Below are positions 48,718-57,225 of a stretch of DNA of 64,000 nucleotides, piece after piece. The DNA is from Comamonadaceae bacterium (lineage in GTDB: Bacteria > Pseudomonadota > Gammaproteobacteria > Burkholderiales > Burkholderiaceae_C). The notes below the pieces were generated by a model. The model was not told where the DNA came from, did no database searches, and saw nothing but the letters and a program-made list of their open reading frames with translations. Within the stretch, counting starts at the first letter, position 1. Each line of letters opens with the position of its first letter. The translations under genes were made by a program, and so were the position numbers. The DNA lies in NCBI GenBank assembly GCA_013297875.1, contig JAAFIW010000002.1, positions 180,627 through 244,626 on the forward strand. Direction: 5' to 3'.

Positions 48718-49641
48718 ATGCACCCCAACAATCCTGTAACCCGCACCGCCATCGTGCGAGAAGTTGGCCTGCGCGACGGCTTGCAAAACATCGTCCGCAC
48801 GCTGCCCACCGAGCAAAAAATACAGTGGATGGCCGCCGCCTACGAGGCGGGCCAGCGCGAAATAGAGGTGGGCTCGTTTGTGCCCGCGCATTTGCTGCCG
48901 CAACTGGCTGACACCGCTGAACTGGTGGCGTTTGCCAACACCTTGCCGGGTCTGATGGCCTCGGTGCTGGTGCCCAATTTGAAAGGTGCGCAGCGGGCGT
49001 TTGATGCGGGCGCGCATTCGCTGCTGGTGCCGCTGTCAGCCAGCCATGCGCACAGCCTGGCCAACTTGCGCAAAACGCCCGATGAGGTGCTGGCCGAGAT
49101 TGGCCGCATCGTGGCCGCGCGCGATGCCGCGGGTGTGGACACGCTGGTCGAGGTGGGCATCAGCACCGCGTTTGGCTGCACGCTGCAAGGTGAGATTCAG
49201 CCATCTGAAGTGCTCAGGCTGGTGCAGGGTGTGCTGGACGCTGGCGTGCAAGGCATTGGCCTGGCAGACACCGTGGGCTATGCCAACCCGGCCAGCGTGC
49301 AGGCGCTGTTTCGGCAAGCCAAAGCCATTTCAGGCGATGTGCTGAACACCGCCCACTTTCACGACACGCGCGGCATGGGCCTGGCCAACAGCCTGGCCGC
49401 CTGGCAATGCGGCATCACCCGGTTTGACGCCAGCCTGGCCGGCCTGGGCGGCTGCCCGCATGCGCCCGGTGCCAGTGGCAATGTGTGCACCGAAGACCTG
49501 GTGTTTATGTTGGAGAGCATGGGGATTGATACGGGTGTGCATTTGCCTGCTTTGCTGGTTCTGCGCCAGCAGGTGGCGGGATGGCTGGATGGCGAAACCT
49601 TGCATGGCACGTTGTGGCGGGCCGGGGTGCCCAAAACGTGA
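48718..49641 (+). CDS. Hydroxymethylglutaryl-CoA lyase family (HMGL-like)
   Basis: VREVGLRDGLQN, GLADTVGYANP, HFHDTRGMGLAN and GLGGCPHAPGASGN. Confidence 0.85.
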   Translation: MHPNNPVTRTAIVREVGLRDGLQNIVRTLPTEQKIQWMAAAYEAGQREIEVGSFVPAHLLPQLADTAELVAFANTLPGLMASVLVPNLKGAQRAFDAGAHSLLVPLSASHAHSLANLRKTPDEVLAEIGRIVAARDAAGVDTLVEVGISTAFGCTLQGEIQPSEVLRLVQGVLDAGVQGIGLADTVGYANPASVQALFRQAKAISGDVLNTAHFHDTRGMGLANSLAAWQCGITRFDASLAGLGGCPHAPGASGNVCTEDLVFMLESMGIDTGVHLPALLVLRQQVAGWLDGETLHGTLWRAGVPKT

Positions 49642-49644
49642 TTG

Positions 49645-49965
49645 AACGGCCCACTTTTGAGTCAAATCAGGCAAACGTGCGCACTGGGAGCGCACGAATA
49701 GCTACTGATTTGGTAGCGAATCGAGGCCCGGTGACATGCGTAGATGTCGGGGGTTGCCCGACAGCAACTCACTTTCTTTTGCGTCGCCAAAAGAAAGTAA
49801 GCAAAGAAAAGGCGACCCGCAGTCTGGGTCCCTACGCTTCGCTGCGGGCACCTTGCGGTGCTCAAACCCAGTGGGGTCACGTGCAAACTCGCCTGCGGCT
49901 CAAACAAGCACGTGCCCTGATCCACTGGCTTTTGCGCTCCTCAGCCCAGCCTGAACGGGTTTCTG
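49645..49965. repeat. About 320-bp repetitive element (copy A), present in inverted orientation at about 53401-53880
   Basis: Reverse-complement matches include gcacgtgccctgatccactggcttttgcgctcctcagc at 49908-49945 versus 53447-53484, and a long stretch ...ggcgacccgcagtctgggtccctacgcttcgctgcgggcaccttgcggtgctcaaacccagtggggtcac versus 53684-53760. The ends resemble the dispersed repeat. Confidence 0.6.
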
Positions 49966-50045
49966 TCATTTTTTTCAGCGTTTTATGCCTTTAGTGTAGG
50001 CCCAGATAGCACAGATAGCTATGATTTACGTAGCAAAGAAAACAC

Positions 50046-51245
50046 ATGACTCAAACTAATAAAGCCCAGCCTTTAGCCGGTCTCCGCGTCGTCGAATTCA
50101 CCCACATGGTCATGGGCCCCACCTGCGGCATGGTGCTGGCTGACATGGGGGCTGAGGTCATCAAGGTGGAGCCGATTGCCGGTGACCGCACGCGGCATTT
50201 GCTGGGCGCGGGCGCGGGGTTTTTTCCCATGTTCAACCGCAACAAGAAGAGCATTGCCATCGACCTGCGCCAAGCCGAGGGCGCGGCGCTGGCCCGCCAG
50301 TTGGTGGGCACGGCGGATGTGATGGCCGAGAACTTCAAGCCGGGCACCATGACGCAATACGGGCTGGACTATCCATCGCTGGCCGAGGTCAACCCGCGCC
50401 TGATCTACATCAGCCACAAAGGCTTTCTGCCCGGCCCTTACCAGCACCGCACCGCGCTGGATGAAGTGGTGCAAATGATGGGCGGCCTGGCCTATATGAC
50501 CGGCCGCTCCGGCGACCCGCTGCGTGCGGGCACCAGCGTGAACGACATCATGGGCGGTATGTTTGGTGCCATTGGTGCCTTGGGCGCACTCATTCAGCGC
50601 GGCATCACCGGGCGCGGCCAGGAGGTGCAAAGCGCGCTGTTTGAAAACAATGTGTTTCTGGTGGGCCAGCACATGCTGCAATACGCCATCACCGGCCAGC
50701 CCGCCGCGCCCATGCCCGAGCGCATTTCGGCCTGGGGCATTTACGACGTGTTCACCGTGAAAGACGGCGAGCAGATATTTCTGGCCGCAGTCAGCGACGG
50801 GCAATGGGTCACCTTTTGCGACGCACTGGGCTTTGCAGATTTGAAGGCGCAGGCGCGTTACGCCACCAACAACCAGCGCGTGCAACAGCGCGCAGAGCTG
50901 ATGCCCGTGCTGCGTGAGCGCCTGGCCTCGCGCAGCGCTGCAGACCTGGCCGCCACCTTTGAAAAAGTGGGCCTGCCGTTCGCTCCCATCCGCAAACCCG
51001 AAGAGCTATACGACGACGAACACCTGCTGGCAACCGGCACCCTGGCCGACATCACCTTGCCCGACGGCGAGCGCGCCGGGCAAACCACGCAGACCACCTT
51101 GCTGCCCTTTACGCTGGGTGGCGAGCGCATGGGCGTGCGGCTGAACCCGCCGACCAAGGGGCAGCACACCGATGATTTGCTGGCGAGTCTGGGGTATGAC
51201 GCGGTGCAGATTGAGGCGCTGCGGGCGAAGTCGGTGGTGGCTTAG
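50046..51245 (+). CDS. CoA-transferase family III (CaiB/BaiF-like)
   Basis: LAGLRVVEFTHMVMGPTCGMVLADMGAEVIKVEP N-terminus. Confidence 0.85.
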   Translation: MTQTNKAQPLAGLRVVEFTHMVMGPTCGMVLADMGAEVIKVEPIAGDRTRHLLGAGAGFFPMFNRNKKSIAIDLRQAEGAALARQLVGTADVMAENFKPGTMTQYGLDYPSLAEVNPRLIYISHKGFLPGPYQHRTALDEVVQMMGGLAYMTGRSGDPLRAGTSVNDIMGGMFGAIGALGALIQRGITGRGQEVQSALFENNVFLVGQHMLQYAITGQPAAPMPERISAWGIYDVFTVKDGEQIFLAAVSDGQWVTFCDALGFADLKAQARYATNNQRVQQRAELMPVLRERLASRSAADLAATFEKVGLPFAPIRKPEELYDDEHLLATGTLADITLPDGERAGQTTQTTLLPFTLGGERMGVRLNPPTKGQHTDDLLASLGYDAVQIEALRAKSVVA

Positions 51246-51266
51246 CGCGGGGGCAGTTGGCAGACT

Positions 51267-51602
51267 TTGAACGCAGAGGACGCGAAGGTTGCGCAGAGGA
51301 CGCAGAAGAACAGCCAAAGCAATTTTTTGGTTTTCAACTGAATCAGGACTTACGCAAAACCATCCGAACGCTTGGTTGTCATCCCCGCGCAGGCGGGGAT
51401 CCAGGCGCGAAGACTGCGAGGCCAACGGGTTTTGCGGCTCTCAGGGGTAGATTCCCTCCCCCGATCAGGTCGAGGGCAGGCTCTTCGCGGGAATGACGGA
51501 ATTGAGTTGTGTGCGTAAGTTCTATGAATCCCTTTTTGAATCTTTTTTTCCCCTGACTCCTTCTGCGTCCTCTGCGTAACCTTCGCGTCCTCTGCGTTCA
51601 AA
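51267..51602. repeat. 336-bp composite MITE-like element with about 41-bp terminal inverted repeats (TTGAACGCAGAGGACGCGAAGGTTGCGCAGAGGACGCAGAAG). It carries an internal dRS3-like repeat (ATCCCCGCGCAGGCGGGGAT at 51381-51400).
   Basis: Same terminal motif as the 116-bp element at 7591-7706. The ORF-track peptides with FERRGREGYAEDAE are its translations. Confidence 0.6.
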
Positions 51603-51633
51603 AATCCCCTCTCCAACAAAACCAAACCACGTC

Positions 51634-52605
51634 ATGAAAACCGCCACAACCACCCGCCGCACCGCCATCGCCCTGGTCTCAGCCCTCACCCTTCCACGCT
51701 GGGTGTTCGCCCAAGACGGCAAAGTCGTCAAATTCATCCTCCCCGTCAGCGCAGGTTCCGGCGTAGACGGCATTGCCCGCGCCGCGCAAAACCAGCTGGC
51801 CAAAGCCTTGGGCCATGGCGTGGTGTTTGAAAACCAGCCCGGCGCAGGCGGTGTGGTGGGCACGGCCGCGATGATCAAATCCGCACCCGATGGCTTGACG
51901 CTGAGCATGGTCTCCAACAACCACGTCATCTACCCCAGCGTGCTCAAAAGCGTGCCCTTTGACCCGATCGCCGACATCACCCCCATTGCCATCGTCGGCG
52001 CCACGCCGCTGGTGCTGGTGGTCAACCCCAAAGTGCCTGCCAAAAACATGGCTGAGCTGGTGGCCCTGTTCAAAGCCAAGCCTGGCCAATACAACTACGC
52101 CTCATCAGGCAACGGCACCATCCTGCACCTGGCGGCCGAGCTGTTCAAAGACGTGACCGGCACCTTTTCCACCCACATTCCCTATCGAGGCTTCGCGCCC
52201 ATGCTGCAAGACATCGTCAGCGGCCAGGTCGACTGGGGCGTGGGCGCGCTGCCGGCGGTGCTCGGCCAGATCAAAGCCGGCAACCTGCGTGCCATCTGCG
52301 TCTCAGCGCCCGAACGCATCCCCGCAGCACCCGACATTCCCACCTCGGCCGAGCAGGGCTTTCCCAAGTATTTGGTGGAAGGCTGGATTGCAGTCGTCGG
52401 CCCTAAAGGCATGCCCCCGGAGCAGGTCAAACGCATCAACACCGCGTTTGCCACCGCCTTTGCAAGCCAGGAAGTCAAAGAAGCCATGGCCAAACAGGGC
52501 AACACCATCACCATCAGCACGCCTGAGGCAGCGCTGGCGCATTTCAAGGGCGAGTTGGTGCGTTATGCGGGGTTGGTGAAGAAGGCGGGGGTGGTGGCGC
52601 AGTGA
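51634..52605 (+). CDS. Bug/TctC-family tripartite tricarboxylate transporter substrate-binding protein
   Basis: Signal peptide plus the Bug-family pattern (...SGNGTILHLAAELFK...). Confidence 0.8.
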   Translation: MKTATTTRRTAIALVSALTLPRWVFAQDGKVVKFILPVSAGSGVDGIARAAQNQLAKALGHGVVFENQPGAGGVVGTAAMIKSAPDGLTLSMVSNNHVIYPSVLKSVPFDPIADITPIAIVGATPLVLVVNPKVPAKNMAELVALFKAKPGQYNYASSGNGTILHLAAELFKDVTGTFSTHIPYRGFAPMLQDIVSGQVDWGVGALPAVLGQIKAGNLRAICVSAPERIPAAPDIPTSAEQGFPKYLVEGWIAVVGPKGMPPEQVKRINTAFATAFASQEVKEAMAKQGNTITISTPEAALAHFKGELVRYAGLVKKAGVVAQ

Positions 52606-52634
52606 TTCGGCATGACAGGGGCGCTATAAATAGA

Positions 52635-52690
52635 GTAGCTGCTTGAGCAGTTTTTACCTGGGCGAGTGGGCGATTTGACCTGAAAACATG
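52635..52690. repeat. Dispersed repeat copy (AGTAGCTGCTTGAGCAG TTTTTACCTGGGCGAGTGGGCGATTTGACCTGAAAACATG). A partial dRS3-like half-site follows at 52708-52719.
   Basis: Near-identical architecture to the copy at 29555. Confidence 0.65.
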
Positions 52691-52806
52691 CATGCCTCAT
52701 ACCCGTCATTCCCGCGCAGTCGCGCGTCCATCTGCGCAAGCCTGTCAGAAACGGCGCGCTTAGATGTAGCATTGCATCACTTTTGATGCATCAATAAGGC
52801 CACTGC

Positions 52807-53010
52807 ATGCGCACCACTGTCACCATCGACGACGCCCTGTACGAAAAAGCCATGGAAATGGCTGATACCAACATGGATAAATCAGACATCTTTCGGGAAG
52901 CCATGAAGACGTTTGTCCGGGTGCAGGCCGCCAAGCGGCTGGCAGCGTTGGGCGGCGCGATGCCCGAGATTCAAGACGTGCCGCGCCGGCGGGAAGAGCC
53001 GACACCGTGA
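52807..53010 (+). CDS. Type II antitoxin (VapB-like)
   Basis: 67 aa (MRTTVTIDDALYEKAMEMADTNMDKSDIF...). Overlaps the downstream PIN gene. Confidence 0.65.
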   Translation: MRTTVTIDDALYEKAMEMADTNMDKSDIFREAMKTFVRVQAAKRLAALGGAMPEIQDVPRRREEPTP

Positions 53011-53390
53011 ATGTGCTGGTTGATACGTCCGTGTGGATAGACCATTTCCGCCGCCGCAATGACGCGCTGGTCGATCTCATCGGGCTAGACCTTGTGCTGA
53101 CGCATCCGATGGTGATGCTGGAGCTGGCCTGCGGAACGCCCCCGGCACCGCGCAAGCAGACGCTGAGCAACATCGCCCTTTTGCAAACCTGCAACCAAGC
53201 CAGCATGGGCGAGGTGATGGAATTCATCGAGCGGGAAAAGCTGTACGGGCTCGGTTGTGGCTTGGTGGATATGAGCTTGTTGGCCTCTACGCTGGTGACG
53301 CCAAGCTCCAGGTTGTGGACGCTGGACAAGCGCCTGGCTGCGCTGGCTGGGCGTTTCGGCGTGGCCTATGGGGCGACGATCCGTCATTGA
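53007..53390 (+). CDS. PIN-domain toxin (VapC-like)
   Basis: MNVLVDTSVWIDHF...MLELACG... PIN pattern. GTG start overlapping the antitoxin stop. Confidence 0.75.
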   Translation: MNVLVDTSVWIDHFRRRNDALVDLIGLDLVLTHPMVMLELACGTPPAPRKQTLSNIALLQTCNQASMGEVMEFIEREKLYGLGCGLVDMSLLASTLVTPSSRLWTLDKRLAALAGRFGVAYGATIRH

Positions 53391-53400
53391 TTCGGTTTGA

Positions 53401-53880
53401 GTTTTCCGTTCGGGCCGAGTGGGGAACCCCCGCAAACAGAACCCCTTTCAGGCTGGGCTGAGGAGCGCAAAAGCCAGTGGATCAGGGCACGTGCGGGGGA
53501 ACCTCTGCACAAGTCCTTGCGGCCTGTGATCGCGCGGTCTCGGGCGGTCCGCTGCGTTGCTTTTATTGCCAATAGCACCGCTATTGGCTGCAAAAAGACG
53601 CCTTGCATCCCATCCCGATCCGCGCGCCACAGTTCCACAAGAACTTATGCAGAGCTTCCCTCTGAGCCGCAGGCGAGTTTGCACGTGACCCCACTGGGTT
53701 TGAGCACCGCAAGGTACCCGCAGCGAAGCGAAGGGCCCAGACTGCCGGGTCGCCTTTCTTTTTCTTACTTTTCTTTGGCGACGCAAAGAAAAGGCAGGCG
53801 CTTGTCGGGCGACCCCGACATCTACGCACGCCACTGAGCCCTGTTTTGCTACTGAATTAGTAGCTGCTTGTGCTCTACCA
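53401..53880. repeat. Copy B of the about 320-bp element (inverted relative to copy A), interrupted by a nested ~170-bp GGAACCTCTGCA...TGCAGAGCTTCC module and ending in a dispersed-repeat copy (AGTAGCTGCTTGTGC at 53859)
   Basis: The nested module at 53495-53665 (gggggaacctctgcacaagtccttgcgg ... ccaatagcaccgctattgg ... ttatgcagagcttccc) is related to the element at 20440-20732. The ORF-track ORFs 53397-53837 and 53384-53638 are its translations. Confidence 0.6.
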
Positions 53881-53928
53881 GGTTGCAAGTTAGCTAGATT
53901 TGACTCAAAAATTGGAACGGAAATCCCC

Positions 53929-54615
53929 TCAAATCCGCCGCCTGCGCGGCACCACCTGCAACTGCACATTCGACTGACTCGGCGTCGCACCCACGGTGAT
54001 GTTCAGCGGTGCCAGATCCAGCAACTGGTCGGCCTGCCACACACGCACCTGGGCGGCTCCGTCGGGCACGTCGGTGAACTGGGCGACGCCGTCGGCATTG
54101 GTTTTCAGGGCCCAGGGCGAGTCGCTCACGTACACGTGGCCACGCATGCTGCTGTGCAGGTGGCAGCCCAGCAGCATGGCACCGGGTTTGTCGACGGTGA
54201 TGGAGGCGGCGGATGCGGGGCGGCCTTCTGCCTTGCCGTCCAGCCGCAGCTCGAAGCCGCCTGCTGTGCCCGCCGCGAATTGCGCCATGCCTGCCGCCGA
54301 GCCACGCACGTGGTGCTCCCAGGTGTCGTTGTTCATGAAGCTGAGCTTGGAGCCCACCGGCACCACCGAGACCTGGGGCTGAAACTGCATCTTGAATTGG
54401 GTGATGGTGGTCTGCTGCGGCAGCGCTTCTTTGGGCTGGCCAGGGTTTTTGGTGAGCACCACCACCACGGCATCGGGCACGGGCTTGCCTTCTTTGTCGG
54501 TGACGGTGACGGAGACGGTGCCGGCCAGGCAGGTCAGGGGTAGCAGGGCCAGAGCGGCAAGGAGTCGGGTGAGGTGGGTCATGGCCATTGAGGTGCGTAG
54601 TGGTTTGATAGACAT
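53929..54615 (-). CDS. Secreted cupredoxin-like protein (putative type-1 copper site)
   Basis: Start MSIKPLRTSMAMTHLTRLLAALALLPLTCLAG (an alternative ATG lies at 54588). Candidate copper ligands are WEHH and GCHLHSSM (C-x2-H-x2-M, as in amicyanin/pseudoazurin). The ORF-track version extends to 54705. Confidence 0.5.
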   Translation of the reverse strand: MSIKPLRTSMAMTHLTRLLAALALLPLTCLAGTVSVTVTDKEGKPVPDAVVVVLTKNPGQPKEALPQQTTITQFKMQFQPQVSVVPVGSKLSFMNNDTWEHHVRGSAAGMAQFAAGTAGGFELRLDGKAEGRPASAASITVDKPGAMLLGCHLHSSMRGHVYVSDSPWALKTNADGVAQFTDVPDGAAQVRVWQADQLLDLAPLNITVGATPSQSNVQLQVVPRRRRI

Positions 54616-54667
54616 ACGTGGTGGGAGCCCAAGCGGATGCAAGACATGTCTAAATTTCCTGTTTGTC

Positions 54668-55060
54668 GATTGCCTGGAAAACAGAACACAGAGGCACAGA
54701 GACACAGAGGTAAGAAGAGGAAGAAAAACAAGGGGTTGTGACGGCAGAGGTTTTCAAAGCCTTTGGCTGCATTCGAGCTTGCTGCTCCTCTGTGTGCCTC
54801 CGTGCCTCTGTGTTCTGTTTCTTGTATCTCGATTGCCTGGAAAACAGAACACAGAGGCACAGAGACACAGAGGTAAGAAGAGGGAGAAAAACAAGGGGTT
54901 GTGACGGCAGAGGTTTTCAAGCCCTTTGCCTGCATTCGGGGTTGGTGTTCCCTCTGTGTACCTCTGTGCCTCCGTGCCTCTGTGTTCTGTTTCTTGTGTT
55001 TGCCTTGCCCAGAACACAGAGGCACAGAGGAAAGAGGAGGAAGAAAAACGGGTTATGCGG
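54668..55060. repeat. Tandem repeat of a 163-bp unit (2 full copies plus a partial third). Each unit contains an internal inverted repeat (aacagaacacagaggcacagagacacagagg / cctctgtgtgcctccgtgcctctgtgttctgtt).
   Basis: Unit 1 at 54668-54830, unit 2 from 54831, both beginning gattgcctggaaaacagaacacagaggcacagagacacagaggtaagaagag. Intergenic between two minus-strand genes. Not CRISPR-like, as there are no short unique spacers. Confidence 0.7.
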
Positions 55061-55082
55061 GCGTCAAGATGGGTTTGCAAAC

Positions 55083-55955
55083 TCACATCCACAGCGCCCG
55101 CCAAACCATGACCGGCACATCCCAGCCGGTGATGCGCACCCGCTGGCGGTCGCTGCGCCAGCGAATCGCTTCGATTTTGTCCAGGATGCGCAGACCGCCT
55201 TGCACCACCAGGCGCAACTCCCAACCGGCCCGGCCGGGCACCTGGTGCACCAGTTTTGAGCCATTTTGCATGGTAGCCCTTGCAGATCCTGCTAGGGAAG
55301 CTATCAAAACAGGAGTGGCTGGGTGTTCATTCAAGGCGCTCAGGTCGGTGTGCGGCAGGCCATGGGCGGCGCAGTCAGCCAGCGGCAGGTAGTAGCGGCC
55401 ACGGGGAATGTCCACGCTGATGTCTTGCCAGAAATTGATCAGTTGCAGCGCTGTGCAGATCGCGTCGCTGCGTTCCAGGGCTGTTTCGTCGCAGATGCCG
55501 TACAGGTGCAGCAGCAGGCGGCCGACCGGGTTGGCCGAGCGGCGGCAGTAGTCCAGCAGCTCGGCCTCGTCGCTATAGCCTTGCGCGGCGGCGGTTTTGT
55601 GCACGTCTTGGGTGAAGGCACTGAGCAAGTCGGCTAGCAGGGGCTGGGGCAGGTGGTGCTGGGCAATGGCGACCTGGAGCGGCGCAAACACATGGGGCCA
55701 GCGAGGGCTTGATCGGGGCGTTGGGGCGTAGCAAGCGGCCAGGTCGGCAGCAAATTCAGCCAGGTCGGCCAGGCGCTGGGCGGCGGGTGCATCGCCTTCG
55801 TCAGCGATGTCGTCGGCGGTGCGGGCAAAGCCGTAAATCGCGGCAATCGGAGCCCGCAAATGGGCGGGGCACAGCCACGACGCCACGGGGAAATTCTCGT
55901 AATGCTGGGCTAATTCGGCGCTTGCTGGGGAGTTGGGTTGGGTGCTCGGGTTCAC
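55083..55955 (-). CDS. Squalene/phytoene synthase family (HpnC-like presqualene diphosphate synthase)
   Basis: The YENFPVASWL N-terminus is characteristic of HpnC/HpnD. DxxxD motifs ARTADDIADEG. Confidence 0.75.
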   Translation of the reverse strand: MNPSTQPNSPASAELAQHYENFPVASWLCPAHLRAPIAAIYGFARTADDIADEGDAPAAQRLADLAEFAADLAACYAPTPRSSPRWPHVFAPLQVAIAQHHLPQPLLADLLSAFTQDVHKTAAAQGYSDEAELLDYCRRSANPVGRLLLHLYGICDETALERSDAICTALQLINFWQDISVDIPRGRYYLPLADCAAHGLPHTDLSALNEHPATPVLIASLAGSARATMQNGSKLVHQVPGRAGWELRLVVQGGLRILDKIEAIRWRSDRQRVRITGWDVPVMVWRALWM

Positions 55956-56033
55956 CCCTGGATTGTCGCTTGACAGACCCGGATATTGGATTTAGATTAC
56001 TAACCAGTCAGTCAGTAACACCATTTTCCAACT

Positions 56034-57218
56034 ATGTCCAAACCCTCTTTTTCAGGCATTCACCGCAGCCACATCTCCCTGCTGCTGGCCGCTGCCCTGC
56101 TGGCCGCCTGCAGCAAACCCGCCCCCACCGAAGAGCCGGTGCGCGCGGTGCGGGTGCTCACCGTGGGTGAGGCGCGTTTTGATGCAACCTACGAGTTTGC
56201 CGCCGAGGTGCGGGCGCGCACCGAGTCGCGCCTGGGCTTTCGGGTGGCCGGCAAGATCATTCGCCGCCAGGCCGAGTTGGGCCAGCGCGTGAAGGCGGGC
56301 CAGGTGTTGGCGCAGCTGGACCCGCAAGACTACAAACTGGCCGCCGACGCAGCCCAGGCCCAGGTGGCCGCCGCCGCCACCAACCGCGACCTGGCAGCAG
56401 CCGATTTCAAGCGCTTCAAAGAGCTGAAAGAGCAGAACTTCATCAGCGGCGCCGAGCTGGAGCGGCGCGAGAGCGTGCTGAAGGCCGCGCAGGCCTCGCT
56501 GCAGCAGGCACAGGCGCAGCTCTCGTCGCAAGGCAACCAGGCACGCTACACCAACCTGGTGGCCGATGTGTCGGGCGTGGTGACGGCCGTAGAGGCTGAG
56601 CCGGGCCAGGTGGTCACGGCCGGTACGCCGGTGGTGCGCATTGCGCAAGATGGGGTGCGCGACGTGGTGTTTTCAGTGCCCGAAGACAAGGTGGCGGCGA
56701 TTCGCGTGGGCTCGGATGTGGGTGTGCGCGTGTGGGCCGAGGCCTCGGCGCAAAAGGCCCAGCTGACTGGCAAGGTGCGCGAAGTGGCCGCCACTGCCGA
56801 CCCGGTGACCCGCACCTTCCCCATCAAGGTGGCACTCGACGCGGCGGCCAATTTGCCCCTGGGCTCCACCGTGTACGTGACGCCGCAGGCCTTGGGCGCT
56901 GCCGGTGCCCAGGTCATCAAGCTGCCCACCACGGCGCTGCGCCAGGAAAGTGGCAACACCACGGTGTGGGTGCTGGACAAAGCCAGCATGGCCTTGAAAG
57001 CACAGCCCGTCACCGTGGCCACTGCCGACGGCAACGAGGTGGTGATTGCCAGTGGCTTGCAGCCCGGCATGCTGGTGGTGTCGGCCGGTGTGCATGTGCT
57101 GCAGCCGGGGCAAAAAGTGACGATTTATCAAGAAAAGGGGGTATCAGCCCAGGTGAATACTGCTCAAGCAGCTACTAAACCTGTAGCAAGTGCTTCTGCC
57201 TCCGGCGCGGTGAAGTGA
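56034..57218 (+). CDS. Efflux RND transporter periplasmic adaptor subunit
   Basis: Lipobox LLAACS, coiled-coil hairpin and beta-barrel (HlyD-like) pattern. The C-terminal tail is encoded by a dispersed-repeat copy (57161-57176). Confidence 0.85.
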   Translation: MSKPSFSGIHRSHISLLLAAALLAACSKPAPTEEPVRAVRVLTVGEARFDATYEFAAEVRARTESRLGFRVAGKIIRRQAELGQRVKAGQVLAQLDPQDYKLAADAAQAQVAAAATNRDLAAADFKRFKELKEQNFISGAELERRESVLKAAQASLQQAQAQLSSQGNQARYTNLVADVSGVVTAVEAEPGQVVTAGTPVVRIAQDGVRDVVFSVPEDKVAAIRVGSDVGVRVWAEASAQKAQLTGKVREVAATADPVTRTFPIKVALDAAANLPLGSTVYVTPQALGAAGAQVIKLPTTALRQESGNTTVWVLDKASMALKAQPVTVATADGNEVVIASGLQPGMLVVSAGVHVLQPGQKVTIYQEKGVSAQVNTAQAATKPVASASASGAVK

Positions 57219-57225
57219 GCCCGCC

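Noticed and set aside
54668-55060. Possible CRISPR array
   Set aside because: The repeat unit is 163 bp with internal palindromes and no short unique spacers. No cas genes are nearby.
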